The notes beneath the pieces were generated by a model, which was not told the origin of the DNA, searched no databases, and saw only the letters and a program-made list of their open reading frames with translations. The position numbers and the translations under genes were made by a program. Of a stretch of 64,000 nt of DNA, positions 37,375 to 46,854 are shown one piece after another (position 1 is the stretch's first letter; each line of letters opens with the position of its first letter). Source of the DNA: a virus (taxonomy: Duplodnaviria; Heunggongvirae; Uroviricota; Caudoviricetes); the IMG/VR virus record IMGVR_UViG_2778261223_000007, positions 12,132 through 76,131 of that record, one strand, 5' to 3'.

Positions 37375-37950
37375 ATGTTAATGGCGAACGATAACGCATA
37401 TGCAGAAGAAGATCTCATTTTGAGTGACTTCATAGGGAAGCGTGAACGCTGGACCCAAAAGCGAGAGGAACTTTACGCCTCATTAGTTCGCAAAGGCGTC
37501 AATATCGAAACCGCACAGAGCGGCGATATGACAGTGGTAAGCGTTGGATTGCACGGTGTAAGCGTGTCAGCAATCAATCATGAGCCATACGTTGCGTTAT
37601 CCGAGTCAATGGTAAGGTTAGTTAAGTTCCTGAAGTACACAGAAGCGAATAATGTAATCATTGGCAAAAAGAATATCCCTTTTTCCTCGGCTTTTTACTG
37701 GATGATGAAAGGGCTTGATGCCCGGCGGACATCATGGCCTAAAGGGAGCTATATATCGATGTTCCGTGGCAGCATTGGCAGCAAAGAAAAGCTCTTCGAA
37801 TTCTTGCCGGAAGAGGCATTCGATATTGTGGAAGGGTGCGATGTGATGGTGATGCCTCGCCTGGTAATGATGAATGGTGATTTACAGGCGCAGACAGACT
37901 GGTTTGCAACTGGTGTGGATATTATCGCGACTGACTGGGAGGCTTTCTGA
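37375..37950 (+). CDS. hypothetical protein with DUF2829-like C-terminal domain
   Basis: 191 aa, AAGGAG RBS; C-terminal AFYWMMKGLDARRTSWPKG ... DWFATGVDIIATDWEAF parallels the DUF2829-like ORF at 45597. Confidence 0.45.
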   Translation: MLMANDNAYAEEDLILSDFIGKRERWTQKREELYASLVRKGVNIETAQSGDMTVVSVGLHGVSVSAINHEPYVALSESMVRLVKFLKYTEANNVIIGKKNIPFSSAFYWMMKGLDARRTSWPKGSYISMFRGSIGSKEKLFEFLPEEAFDIVEGCDVMVMPRLVMMNGDLQAQTDWFATGVDIIATDWEAF

Positions 37951-38342
37951 TGTACGGGACTACCAAATTAAGCACTCAACAGGCCACCAATATTGAGTGG
38001 TCTATCGCTAACTGTAAGATCGTGTCATGCAATGCCACGCGTACTGATGTGGGCCATAAAAGCACTATAACAGGCTATCTAGTAATGACCACCAGGGGGA
38101 TGAGGGTTAGATTTCGTTGGAAAGCAGAGCAAGTAACGCCATTCAGAGAGCCATCAATGCCGCTGCAGGTTGAGCAGGATTATCTATGTTTACCAGAAAT
38201 AGATGGCGGAATGCTGGTGGAGTCTGATGGTAGTAAGGCTGATTTTGAAGCCAATTTGAAGCTGGCACAGGCCGTAATCAATAGTTATCGCGGACAGTGG
38301 ATCGCAAAAGTGAAACATGTTGTTCGTTTGTCTCGCTGGTAG
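37950..38342 (+). CDS. hypothetical protein
   Basis: 130 aa, ATG overlaps upstream stop. Confidence 0.4.
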   Translation: MYGTTKLSTQQATNIEWSIANCKIVSCNATRTDVGHKSTITGYLVMTTRGMRVRFRWKAEQVTPFREPSMPLQVEQDYLCLPEIDGGMLVESDGSKADFEANLKLAQAVINSYRGQWIAKVKHVVRLSRW

Positions 38343-38357
38343 TATTAGATATTTGGT

Positions 38358-38374
38358 ATTAATTTTCTAATACA
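38358..38374 (+). promoter_or_regulatory. operator-like variant ATTAATTTTCTAATACA
   Basis: Weaker variant of the motif, upstream of the Lpa-like gene. Confidence 0.3.
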
Positions 38375-38450
38375 ATCATCTTTTTGCCAGTCTATACAGT
38401 TTTAACATTCTCATTATCATCCCCTCGGTCATTTCCTGCCCGGGGGATTA

Positions 38451-38843
38451 ATGGAACAAATCAGCAGCGCAGAAATTGCGGATATCATGATCAGGGCTGA
38501 CTGCTATCTGACAGTCACTGAAATTACCACTCTCGCCAAAGAAAAATACCCTCATCTCCATGTTTCACGAGTAAGTGTAACTAACATCATTCGTCATTTT
38601 GTTCGTTCAAGCAGGGCAATCTGTGAGCTTGATGATCGTGTGTATCCACGAAAATACTGGTTGCATGGCCTGAACGGATATCAGTTCAAGGTGCGTGGGC
38701 GAACCCCGGAATACGGCAGTTTACTGGTTAAAAACTGTAGCAGGAAATCAGTCGAACAGGCGCGAAAAGAGCAACGAGAGCTGGTGGACATGGCGAATAA
38801 GCTGTGGAATGCCGCCGTTAAAAAGCGTGGTGTTGCTTTATGA
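38451..38843 (+). CDS. putative late-promoter activator (Lpa-like by position upstream of pacA)
   Basis: 130 aa; operator-like variant motif at 38358..38374 upstream; position only. Confidence 0.35.
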   Translation: MEQISSAEIADIMIRADCYLTVTEITTLAKEKYPHLHVSRVSVTNIIRHFVRSSRAICELDDRVYPRKYWLHGLNGYQFKVRGRTPEYGSLLVKNCSRKSVEQARKEQRELVDMANKLWNAAVKKRGVAL

Positions 38844-40204
38844 GTCTGGTTAATTGGGAGGAGCACCGCGCCCGCTTTATGGCGTTGCGTGAAGAAAAAG
38901 GGATCACTGTAAAGGAATACTGTGAGGAGCATGGCCTTAGCTTCAATACAGCCAGAAAGCATCTCAATATGAAAAAAAATGAGGTGCGGTCGCAGGTAAA
39001 GACAACAAAAAAAAGCACCAAATCACCTGAAAAAAAACGGGCGGGAAGAGCAACAAAAAAGCTGGAAGAGGGTGCAGAAAAAACAAAATTTACAGAAATT
39101 GACAATTCGCAGGGCGCAGGTTCTTTCCGAAGTATGCCGAGAAAGAAAACTTCGGATCATGAAAATAATTCAAATAATAACAATGAGATAAAAGAATCCG
39201 TCAGGAGATCATTGCGCGAAAAAATGGCGAAAATGATCCCCGAAGAAGATAAAAGCGCCCCAAAAATTGAGGGATCTTCTGCAATGATCCCTGACGGTGC
39301 TGTGCAGCGTGCCACATTGCCAACTACGAATGTGGCTCGCGATATGATGAAGAACGGCGCAGAAGAACACCTGCGGTTAGCAATTCAAATGGCGCAAGAG
39401 CGCGCACTTCAGTATCAAAGCATTGTTGATCAGGAGGCCGAACGTCTACAGGCGGAAATAGACGCCTTGGGCGATAAAGAGCCAGAAGGAATGCACCCTG
39501 GGCAGCGCCTTCTCGGTCTAATCAGTGACGCGGCCTACTACATGAATGATTTTATCAGTAGGTTGGCAGCTATATATCAGTCCGAACAAAAGCTGCGACA
39601 GGGGGATGAAAAGCTTCGTCAGAGCGCTCGCCAGCAAGCATTCAAAGAGGCTGAGGCCAGAGAAAAACTCGAATTAGCACGCCTACAGGCCGAACAGCGT
39701 GGCAAAGAGATTGAATATCGCATTGGCGCTGACGCACGCGCAGCCAGAGTTATCGCCGCCGCTATACGTATGCGTGAGCGCGAGGAACTGGATGATATCG
39801 GTGTTGCTGAATACATCGAGCGCCAGGGTGTCAGCGTCCCGGCTATCCTCGCGGCGCGCGCGGCGAAAGCTATCACTCTTCTCGAACCACCTGTTTCTGA
39901 CGTCAATGATGTTGATGATGAACAGCTGGACAAAGAGGCAAGGGAGTTTGCAACGCTTCAGGCTAACCATCCGCAATGGCTGGCAGAGCGCCGGGCGGAT
40001 GTGGCAACCATTGTTGAAGAATTGGGGTGCGGAGATTACGACCGCAATGGCGAGCGTAAAGCAGGAGAATTCGAGGCCAACGACGAAGAGCTGGATATTG
40101 ACCCTTCGGCAACGGCTGAAATTTACGGTGATTATGATGCATCTGATGCAGGGTATGACGCCGGAGATGATGATATCGCGATAGAACCGCCGGAGGATGA
40201 TTAA
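38840..40204 (+). CDS. pacA: terminase small subunit / pac-recognition protein (PacA-like)
   Basis: 454 aa; N-terminal HTH-like segment, highly acidic C-terminus; immediately upstream of and coupled to the large terminase gene. Confidence 0.55.
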   Translation: MSLVNWEEHRARFMALREEKGITVKEYCEEHGLSFNTARKHLNMKKNEVRSQVKTTKKSTKSPEKKRAGRATKKLEEGAEKTKFTEIDNSQGAGSFRSMPRKKTSDHENNSNNNNEIKESVRRSLREKMAKMIPEEDKSAPKIEGSSAMIPDGAVQRATLPTTNVARDMMKNGAEEHLRLAIQMAQERALQYQSIVDQEAERLQAEIDALGDKEPEGMHPGQRLLGLISDAAYYMNDFISRLAAIYQSEQKLRQGDEKLRQSARQQAFKEAEAREKLELARLQAEQRGKEIEYRIGADARAARVIAAAIRMREREELDDIGVAEYIERQGVSVPAILAARAAKAITLLEPPVSDVNDVDDEQLDKEAREFATLQANHPQWLAERRADVATIVEELGCGDYDRNGERKAGEFEANDEELDIDPSATAEIYGDYDASDAGYDAGDDDIAIEPPEDD

Positions 40205-41712
40205 TGGCTGGAGGGCGCAAGATTAAATGCGTCACCAGCGATCCACGCTGGCGCGATATGGTAATCAAATACCGCTACAACTTTACCCAAGCTGTTGTCG
40301 ATATTTTTGGGATGTTCCCCTCCCACCAGCAGCAGCAGATCATTCAGTCCGTGCAGGAAACGGGGAGTAGGACGACCGTCACGTCCGGACACGGAACGGG
40401 GAAGTCGTCCCTTACCGCGATGTTGCTGTTGATTTTCATGATCCTGTTCCCCGATGCCCGTGTCATCATTGTTGCTAACAAGATAGGCCAGGTAAAAACA
40501 GGCGTATTCAAATACGTTAAACAGTATTGGGCGAATGCAGTTAAGCGTCATGGGTGGTTGCAGACCTATTTTGTCCTCTCTGACACCATGTTTTATGAGC
40601 GCTCCCGTAAGGGGATTTGGGAAGTTCTCTGCAAAGGTTATCGACTCGGCAACGAAGAAGCGCTGGCGGGGGAACACGCGGCACATTTGCTTCTAATTCT
40701 GGATGAAGCATCTGGTATATCTGATAAGGCGATCGGCGTAATGACCGGTGCTCTTACTGAAGAAGATAACCGGATGTTGATGCTATCCCAGCCAACAAGG
40801 CCAAGTGGTTATTTCTACGATTCGCACCATTCTCAAGCAAAAACCCCAGACAACCCGAAAGGGATCTGGACAGCAATTGTTCTTAACTCGGAAGAATCAC
40901 CGTTCGTCACACCACAATTCATCAAGCAGAAGCTTCTGGAATATGGCGGGCGCGATTCTATTGAGTACATGGTCAAGGTGCTTGGTCAGTTCCCACGAGA
41001 AATTAACGGCTATTTGCTTGGTCGTGATGAATGCGATCGCGCTGCTCGCCGCAAGGTGTTGTTGGAGAAAAACTGGGGATGGGTGGCAACGGCTGACGTT
41101 GGTAATGGGCGAGATAAGTCGGTCCTCAACATCTGCAAGGTATCAGGTCACAGGGATAAGCGGCGCGTTGTTAACTTTAAGGTAATGGAGATGCCTGGCA
41201 CTATGGACCCATTGGCCTTTGCTGACTTCATATATAACGAATGTACGCCGGAAAAATACCCGAATATAACAATCGCGGTTGATGCTGATGGTTTTGGTTC
41301 TGATACGTGTGCGCAGTTGGTGCGTCGTGGTGCGAACCCGGTACGTATTCGGTGGGGAAAACCCATGTTTGCGAACAAAGACAGGGAGCGATTTGTTAAT
41401 CAGCGTGCCTACGCAAATATTATGGCGCGTGATGCCATAAAGTCAGGGCGTATGCGGATAGACAGTGACCCTAAAACGGCAGAGCAAGCGTCAAAAATCC
41501 CCTTTTTACTGAATGAAGAAGGGAAAATGGCGATGATGCGCAAAGAGCACATGCGGCAAAAGCTAAACATCAAATCGCCTGACCGATGGGATACCTACTG
41601 CTTCACTATGCTGGTGGACTATGTGCCTGCTAATGAAGATATTGGTGCCGAAATGGCAACTTTCCGAGATCAGGTTCTGGCGGATATCGAAATGCCGGAT
41701 CTGGATATATAA
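40204..41712 (+). CDS. pacB: terminase large subunit (PacB-like)
   Basis: 502 aa; Walker A TSGHGTGKSS, Walker B-like LLLILDEASGI, nuclease-domain acidic residues; overlaps pacA stop. Confidence 0.75.
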   Translation: MAGGRKIKCVTSDPRWRDMVIKYRYNFTQAVVDIFGMFPSHQQQQIIQSVQETGSRTTVTSGHGTGKSSLTAMLLLIFMILFPDARVIIVANKIGQVKTGVFKYVKQYWANAVKRHGWLQTYFVLSDTMFYERSRKGIWEVLCKGYRLGNEEALAGEHAAHLLLILDEASGISDKAIGVMTGALTEEDNRMLMLSQPTRPSGYFYDSHHSQAKTPDNPKGIWTAIVLNSEESPFVTPQFIKQKLLEYGGRDSIEYMVKVLGQFPREINGYLLGRDECDRAARRKVLLEKNWGWVATADVGNGRDKSVLNICKVSGHRDKRRVVNFKVMEMPGTMDPLAFADFIYNECTPEKYPNITIAVDADGFGSDTCAQLVRRGANPVRIRWGKPMFANKDRERFVNQRAYANIMARDAIKSGRMRIDSDPKTAEQASKIPFLLNEEGKMAMMRKEHMRQKLNIKSPDRWDTYCFTMLVDYVPANEDIGAEMATFRDQVLADIEMPDLDI

Positions 41713-41739
41713 AGCCCCGCGATGCGGGGCCGGTTGTGA

Positions 41740-42777
41740 TTACCAGAGCTTCGCGGCGTACTGCGTTTGGGGGAATGTGTATCCGTAACGTTCTTCGATT
41801 GCTTTGCCGTATTTTTTACGAGCTTCATTCAGTTTAATGCCGGTCAGGTCGTCTCCAGAGGCCATCATTACGTCTAACAATTCCAGATCCATTTTATCCA
41901 GCCTTGCCATTGCTTCACGTGATGTACGTATCTTACGCTCAATGATATGGCGAATAGCCGGATCGGCATCCTCCAGCATCTTAGCGGATTTCTGCTTAAG
42001 GCTTTCATTGCGAATATCGATGTTCCTTAAGATGTACGACTTCGCAACGTAGCTTGGCTGGTGTTTTTCCAGGTCACGAACACGATATAAGTTAAAATCG
42101 CCGAGAAGGCTGCAAGGTACCGATTCGACGCCAGAATAAATTGTAATGCTCCGGCGTTCACCAACATTATTGACAACGGGGATCGTTGTCTTCGGTTGTC
42201 TTGCGAAAACCAATGCGCCATGTGCGCCAACTCTAAAGCGAGAAAGGGCATTGCTGCCTTCGATGTTTGTTGTCAGCACAACATCTGTATATGCCTCTTT
42301 ACGCGCCCGGTAGATCTCGCCTTCAGGCTCAGCTTCAAAGAAGCGCTGTTCTTCTTCAAGAGCACCTACGATTTGAGAAAAAACCCTATTTTTCAGGCTT
42401 TTCTTTATGATTTTGTCGTATTTTTTTAGCAATTGTTCACGTGTAAATGTACGTGTTGTTGTAGCGCTTTGCACAACGACATGCGTGCTTTGATTGGTGT
42501 CCTCAATGATGAATGGGATCGGAGAATATACAGACTCAACAATGTTCGACGCTTTGCCGTCGGCATCGCGGCACATGTCAACGAAGGCTTTCCATTCAGC
42601 AAGACATTTTTCAGCTTCTTCTAATATGTTTTGGTCATGCGTTAATGCAACATGGCGGAATTCCTCGCCAGCATAACTGGTATCATGGAAAACAGAGTTT
42701 GCGACCACCAGCTCTTTCCACCGTTCAGCGGTTTGCAGGAACCGTTTGTACTCTTTCTCGATCGACTTCTTACTCAT
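41740..42777 (-). CDS. hypothetical protein at the immC-equivalent position (candidate repressor or immunity function)
   Basis: 345 aa, convergent with pacB; operator-like motif 42790..42807 overlaps its start region; no recognisable similarity to P1 C1 by eye. Confidence 0.5.
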   Translation of the reverse strand: MSKKSIEKEYKRFLQTAERWKELVVANSVFHDTSYAGEEFRHVALTHDQNILEEAEKCLAEWKAFVDMCRDADGKASNIVESVYSPIPFIIEDTNQSTHVVVQSATTTRTFTREQLLKKYDKIIKKSLKNRVFSQIVGALEEEQRFFEAEPEGEIYRARKEAYTDVVLTTNIEGSNALSRFRVGAHGALVFARQPKTTIPVVNNVGERRSITIYSGVESVPCSLLGDFNLYRVRDLEKHQPSYVAKSYILRNIDIRNESLKQKSAKMLEDADPAIRHIIERKIRTSREAMARLDKMDLELLDVMMASGDDLTGIKLNEARKKYGKAIEERYGYTFPQTQYAAKLW

Positions 42778-42789
42778 TATTCCTACTCG

Positions 42790-42807
42790 ATTTAGTTTTC
42801 TAACATA
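42790..42807 (+). promoter_or_regulatory. operator-like motif ATTTAGTTTTCTAACATA
   Basis: Motif family member; overlaps the start region of the minus-strand gene 41740..42777. Confidence 0.5.
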
Positions 42808-42987
42808 AAATTACTATGACAAATTTATGTCGAATAACAGAGTGAGTAAAGGATCGAACTGTGATTTTTTGTCATCAATTTTAGAAAACCAACCGTAGAA
42901 ACCACACTTCGCTAATTAAAGACCATGAAGGCAACGTGTTACTGGTCATCATCAATCTATGATGGATTAAAAAAAATCGGCATTTTA

Positions 42988-43019
42988 TAACTTTAAATAA
43001 TTGGCATTATTTAAAGTTA
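42988..43019. other. rox-type recombination site (32 bp: 14-bp inverted arms, 4-bp spacer TGGC)
   Basis: TAACTTTAAATAAT-TGGC-ATTATTTAAAGTTA is the reverse complement of the rox site as I recall it; 14/14 arm complementarity; 150 bp upstream of the Cre-family gene. Confidence 0.8.
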
Positions 43020-43028
43020 GGCTATAAT
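43001..43028 (+). promoter_or_regulatory. sigma70-like promoter overlapping rox (-35 TTGGCA, 16-bp spacer, -10 TATAAT)
   Basis: Seen directly; oriented toward the recombinase gene. Confidence 0.4.
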
Positions 43029-43171
43029 CATGTGTAGATGAACAGTATTGACATCACTGAAAATACGTGCATCCAATCAAAGGCTTGTATTTTGAAAATT
43101 AACTTATAGCTACCCTGTCATTTTTATATTTTTCGCGTAGCTTCATCTGTATATAGAGGTGAAATGGTTTC

Positions 43172-44200
43172 ATGAGTGAATTAATTATCTCTGGCAGTTC
43201 CGGTGGTTTTCTGCGCAACATTGGCAAAGAGTACCAGGAAGCCGCAGAAAACTTTATGCGGTTCATGAATGATCAGGGTGCTTATGCGCCGAATACTCTG
43301 CGCGACCTCCGGTTGGTGTTTCATTCCTGGGCGCGCTGGTGTCACGCTCGCCAGCTTGCCTGGTTTCCGATCTCACCAGAAATGGCCCGCGAGTATTTTC
43401 TTCAGTTGCATGATGCCGATCTGGCTTCGACCACCATTGATAAGCACTACGCCATGCTTAACATGCTGCTTTCTCATTGTGGCCTTCCGCCACTTTCGGA
43501 TGATAAAAGTGTTTCTCTGGCTATGCGGCGTATCCGGCGCGAAGCGGCAACGGAAAAAGGCGAACGAACAGGCCAGGCTATACCGCTGCGATGGGACGAC
43601 CTGAAACTGCTCGACGTCCTGTTGTCCAGGTCAGAACGGCTGGTGGACCTGCGCAACCGGGCTTTTCTCTTTGTTGCATACAATACGCTGATGCGTATGT
43701 CGGAAATCTCGCGTATTCGTGTAGGAGATCTGGACCAAACAGGTGACACTGTCACGCTACATATTTCACACACGAAGACAATAACGACCGCCGCCGGGCT
43801 TGATAAGGTGCTTTCCCGTCGCACTACTGCTGTGCTGAATGACTGGCTGGATGTTTCCGGGCTTCGTGAACATCCTGACGCGGTGCTGTTCCCGCCGATA
43901 CACCGTAGCAATAAGGCCAGGATTACGACAACGCCCCTTACTGCACCTGCAATGGAGAAAATATTCAGCGACGCCTGGGTGTTGCTGAATAAAAGGGATG
44001 CCACGCCAAACAAAGGGAGATACCGGACGTGGACCGGGCATAGTGCTCGTGTCGGGGCCGCTATCGATATGGCTGAAAAGCAGGTGTCTATGGTGGAGAT
44101 TATGCAGGAAGGAACCTGGAAGAAACCGGAAACACTTATGCGGTATCTGCGCCGTGGCGGTGTGTCTGTGGGGGCTAATAGCCGCTTGATGGATTCATAA
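43172..44200 (+). CDS. dre: Cre-family tyrosine recombinase (Dre-like)
   Basis: 342 aa; blocks SWARWCHARQLAWFP, AMLNMLLSHCGLPPLSDDKSVSLAMRRIRRE, WTGHSARVGAAIDMA...MRYLR align with Cre (catalytic R, H-x-x-R, Y); cognate rox site upstream. Confidence 0.9.
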   Translation: MSELIISGSSGGFLRNIGKEYQEAAENFMRFMNDQGAYAPNTLRDLRLVFHSWARWCHARQLAWFPISPEMAREYFLQLHDADLASTTIDKHYAMLNMLLSHCGLPPLSDDKSVSLAMRRIRREAATEKGERTGQAIPLRWDDLKLLDVLLSRSERLVDLRNRAFLFVAYNTLMRMSEISRIRVGDLDQTGDTVTLHISHTKTITTAAGLDKVLSRRTTAVLNDWLDVSGLREHPDAVLFPPIHRSNKARITTTPLTAPAMEKIFSDAWVLLNKRDATPNKGRYRTWTGHSARVGAAIDMAEKQVSMVEIMQEGTWKKPETLMRYLRRGGVSVGANSRLMDS

Positions 44201-44218
44201 ATTAAATTTCTAACACAT
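44201..44218 (+). promoter_or_regulatory. operator-like motif ATTAAATTTCTAACACAT
   Basis: Motif family member; immediately after the recombinase stop. Confidence 0.5.
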
Positions 44219-44261
44219 CTTTTTAGATTGATATCTTTGCTGTAAAGTACCCTCGCCTATT

Positions 44262-44618
44262 TTGGAGGGTGCTTTGCAGAGTCAAATCACGGAATCAAGA
44301 CGCTTCACGGTGGATGGTTACACCGTAACCTTCGCCGCTGGTGTTAAGAACAGTCATGCTGTCGTTGTATTCGGCATCATGACCGGGCTTGAGGCCGTCC
44401 CTGTGTTTACCCTCGAAAAAAACTGGCGAAATCTGGAGGAAGCAGAAAGCTACGTCCGGAAAGTAACCATCATTGCCGCCGAAAAACTCCTGGCCCACTA
44501 TCAGGAAAATTATCGCACTATGGTCGAGAAGATTAATCTCGCTTTCACTCGCCCCACTACCGGCTTTATTGCACCGGATACTAATGCAGGTCGATATCCG
44601 GCAAGGGGGCGTCGGTGA
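44262..44618 (+). CDS. hypothetical protein (TTG start)
   Basis: 118 aa; operator-like motif 44201..44218 directly upstream. Confidence 0.35.
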   Translation: MEGALQSQITESRRFTVDGYTVTFAAGVKNSHAVVVFGIMTGLEAVPVFTLEKNWRNLEEAESYVRKVTIIAAEKLLAHYQENYRTMVEKINLAFTRPTTGFIAPDTNAGRYPARGRR

Positions 44619-45091
44619 AAACTTATTACCCATCTCTGAATTGTTACCCGTCTTCCTATCCAGGATTGTCCGGGAAGCTGTTAGCTCTATTAGCTAAAGC
44701 ACCTACGGAATGGTTTAAGCCAGTCGTTATCAATCCACACTTCCTGGATTACGGATCTGTTCGCACTCGTAACGAACTCAAAAACCTACTGGCGCATGGA
44801 TTCATTCGACACCGTGCCGGTAAAGGCTATCAGTTATCGATTGCGCCAGAAGAGGCCGTGCGGCTATTCGCATATCGTGACAGCCAGACAAAAGCTCGGG
44901 TAATAGCTCAAATACTTCATAACGGCAGCACCTATGCCCGCCAGTTTGGCGGCGACACGTCGCAGTTCTTGCGGGCGGTGCGATCGCTGGAGGAGCAAGG
45001 AGTTATTGAAAGTTCCTGTCTTCCTGTTCCAACCGTTCCACATATCAAACGTCGGGTTTACACCTTCACGCAGAGAGCTAAAAAACAATGA
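44615..45091 (+). CDS. hypothetical protein, possible winged-helix
   Basis: 158 aa; overlaps neighbours by 4 nt on both sides. Confidence 0.4.
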   Translation: MKTYYPSLNCYPSSYPGLSGKLLALLAKAPTEWFKPVVINPHFLDYGSVRTRNELKNLLAHGFIRHRAGKGYQLSIAPEEAVRLFAYRDSQTKARVIAQILHNGSTYARQFGGDTSQFLRAVRSLEEQGVIESSCLPVPTVPHIKRRVYTFTQRAKKQ

Positions 45092-45582
45092 TTTACGTAA
45101 AAGTGAAACGCCTACATCCGGCAGCAAAACTTCCAGCTTATGCCACCTCCGGATCGGCGGCGATGGATTTTGAGGCTGTTGAAATAAAACCATGTGTCGA
45201 TAGCAATGGTGCAATTTCCTCAAGCTGGTGGGTGTACACCGGATTGGCTATGGAGATCCCGCCCGGCTGGTGTCTGAAACTCTATCCGCGATCCGGATTG
45301 GGCTGCAAAAAACATACTCGCCTGGCTAACTGCGTAGGAATTATCGACTCCGATTATCGCGGCGAAATCATGGCAAAACTGATTACTGATCCCGGCGGGG
45401 AAGGCGTTTGTCTCAAGCCTGGAATGGCTGTCATGCAAGGAATTTTTGAGCGTGTTGAACAAGTCTCACTAGTCGAGGTTGAGGAACTCAACGAAACGGA
45501 ACGTGGTGATGGTGGCTTTGGTAGCACATCGGAAGGCCACTTTGAAATTAAGCGTTCACCGCTTCAGTACGAAAAGTTATAA
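45088..45582 (+). CDS. dut: dUTP diphosphatase (dUTPase)
   Basis: 164 aa; motifs YATSGSAAMD, PRSGLG, GIIDSDYRGE, RGDGGFGSTS match the trimeric dUTPase motifs. Confidence 0.8.
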   Translation: MIYVKVKRLHPAAKLPAYATSGSAAMDFEAVEIKPCVDSNGAISSSWWVYTGLAMEIPPGWCLKLYPRSGLGCKKHTRLANCVGIIDSDYRGEIMAKLITDPGGEGVCLKPGMAVMQGIFERVEQVSLVEVEELNETERGDGGFGSTSEGHFEIKRSPLQYEKL

Positions 45583-45596
45583 GCAGAGAAAAGACT

Positions 45597-46037
45597 ATGA
45601 ATAACATGGCAACGAAAGAGCTTTTTAAGTTCCTTCCAAAATACAAAGCTCACAAAAAAAATGGAACCACGGTCATCATTACGGATGACAACGGCGTGAT
45701 GATTAATCTTACCGGGAGCGTAACTATTTCTGCTGGTGGCATCACCACCCAGCAAGAAGAAATCGACCTTGAAGCAGCCGACTTTTCTGACGCGCTGATG
45801 TGGCTGAAGGATGGCAAGAAAGTTGCTCGACGCGGGTGGAACGGCGAAAACCAATTCTGCTGGCTGGTTCCTGAAGGACAGTACCCGGCACGAATGGAAG
45901 CCATTAAGGGATATTTCCCCGGCGACCTCGTTCCGTATGGTGCTTATTTCGCCTTAAAAAATGCACAAGGTGTAGTTGTTCCGTGGGTTCCTTCTGTAGG
46001 CGACTTACTGGCATGTGACTGGTTTGTGGTGGAGTGA
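45597..46037 (+). CDS. DUF2829-like protein (Tad2-family fold candidate)
   Basis: 146 aa; ALMWLKDGKKVARRGWNGENQF ... PWVPSVGDLLACDWFVVE fits the DUF2829 pattern as I recall it. Confidence 0.5.
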   Translation: MNNMATKELFKFLPKYKAHKKNGTTVIITDDNGVMINLTGSVTISAGGITTQQEEIDLEAADFSDALMWLKDGKKVARRGWNGENQFCWLVPEGQYPARMEAIKGYFPGDLVPYGAYFALKNAQGVVVPWVPSVGDLLACDWFVVE

Positions 46038-46043
46038 TTTAAC

Positions 46044-46820
46044 GTGGAAAATACTAAAGCAATTCAATACCGCTTGCGTAATGGCCTGCTGGTGGCTGTT
46101 AACGCCGACATGTCACTGCCGTTTGACACGATTGAACGCACTATCATGACATATCTCGGCTTTAATGAAGAACTGAATGAAGAGCATGGCGTAGCTATAT
46201 GGAGCGATGCAGAAAGCGGCGTTCATCGTTACATCACCGCCAGGGGCAAAGACTACTCTCTGGAAGAACTGTTTACCCTTGCACAGTCTTTCGAATGTGT
46301 AGCATTAGACATGTTTAATGATCCTGCTATAGCGCAACGACTTATACGCGAGCTTGGGCTATCCGTTACACCAATTATCTTTAAGAATGGCAGCCTGACT
46401 GGCACATGGCGCGTAGAACGCATCTCAAACTACCTTCCATATAACCGACAGTTAAATGGAGTAATCTCCGGCGTTAATCAGCCCGTAGCGTGTGAAAATG
46501 TAAACCTGGTTGTCGCTGTTTTGGCAACCGCATGTCGTGTTATCGGTTTGGCTAAACAGGCATTTATTCATTTCCCAAATGGTGCAGAAGGTAGCGCAGA
46601 GATTATCGCGTGTGATTTCGAATTTACCTGGATGCTACGCGAATATCTGGACCAAACAGTATTCCGTGCCGAAGAACTGGATATGTATATCACGTCAACG
46701 ATTCCAGACGATGTGCGAGCAGAAGCAATCGCTACAGCCAGGGCGAAATGCCGTGCGGCGATTGCAGAACGGGCCAAAGAAGAACAGTCCAATGATACAG
46801 CGGCAGAAGAGGTGGAATAA
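46044..46820 (+). CDS. hypothetical protein
   Basis: 258 aa, GTG start; terminator hairpin after stop. Confidence 0.45.
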   Translation: MENTKAIQYRLRNGLLVAVNADMSLPFDTIERTIMTYLGFNEELNEEHGVAIWSDAESGVHRYITARGKDYSLEELFTLAQSFECVALDMFNDPAIAQRLIRELGLSVTPIIFKNGSLTGTWRVERISNYLPYNRQLNGVISGVNQPVACENVNLVVAVLATACRVIGLAKQAFIHFPNGAEGSAEIIACDFEFTWMLREYLDQTVFRAEELDMYITSTIPDDVRAEAIATARAKCRAAIAERAKEEQSNDTAAEEVE

Positions 46821-46824
46821 CAAA

Positions 46825-46854
46825 AAGCCCGCTTGGTATGGCGGGCTTCTTTTC
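46825..46854. terminator. terminator hairpin between convergent genes
   Basis: AAGCCCGC-TTGGTATG-GCGGGCTT followed by CTTTTC. Confidence 0.55.

Noticed and set aside
42840-42990. Possible small coi-like ORF upstream of the c1-position gene
   Set aside because: The only minus-strand candidate is about 23 codons with no RBS; not supportable.
43269-44189. ORFs overlapping the recombinase gene (43269..43604 plus, 43474..44013 minus, 43998..44189 plus)
   Set aside because: Contained within the well-supported Cre-family gene.
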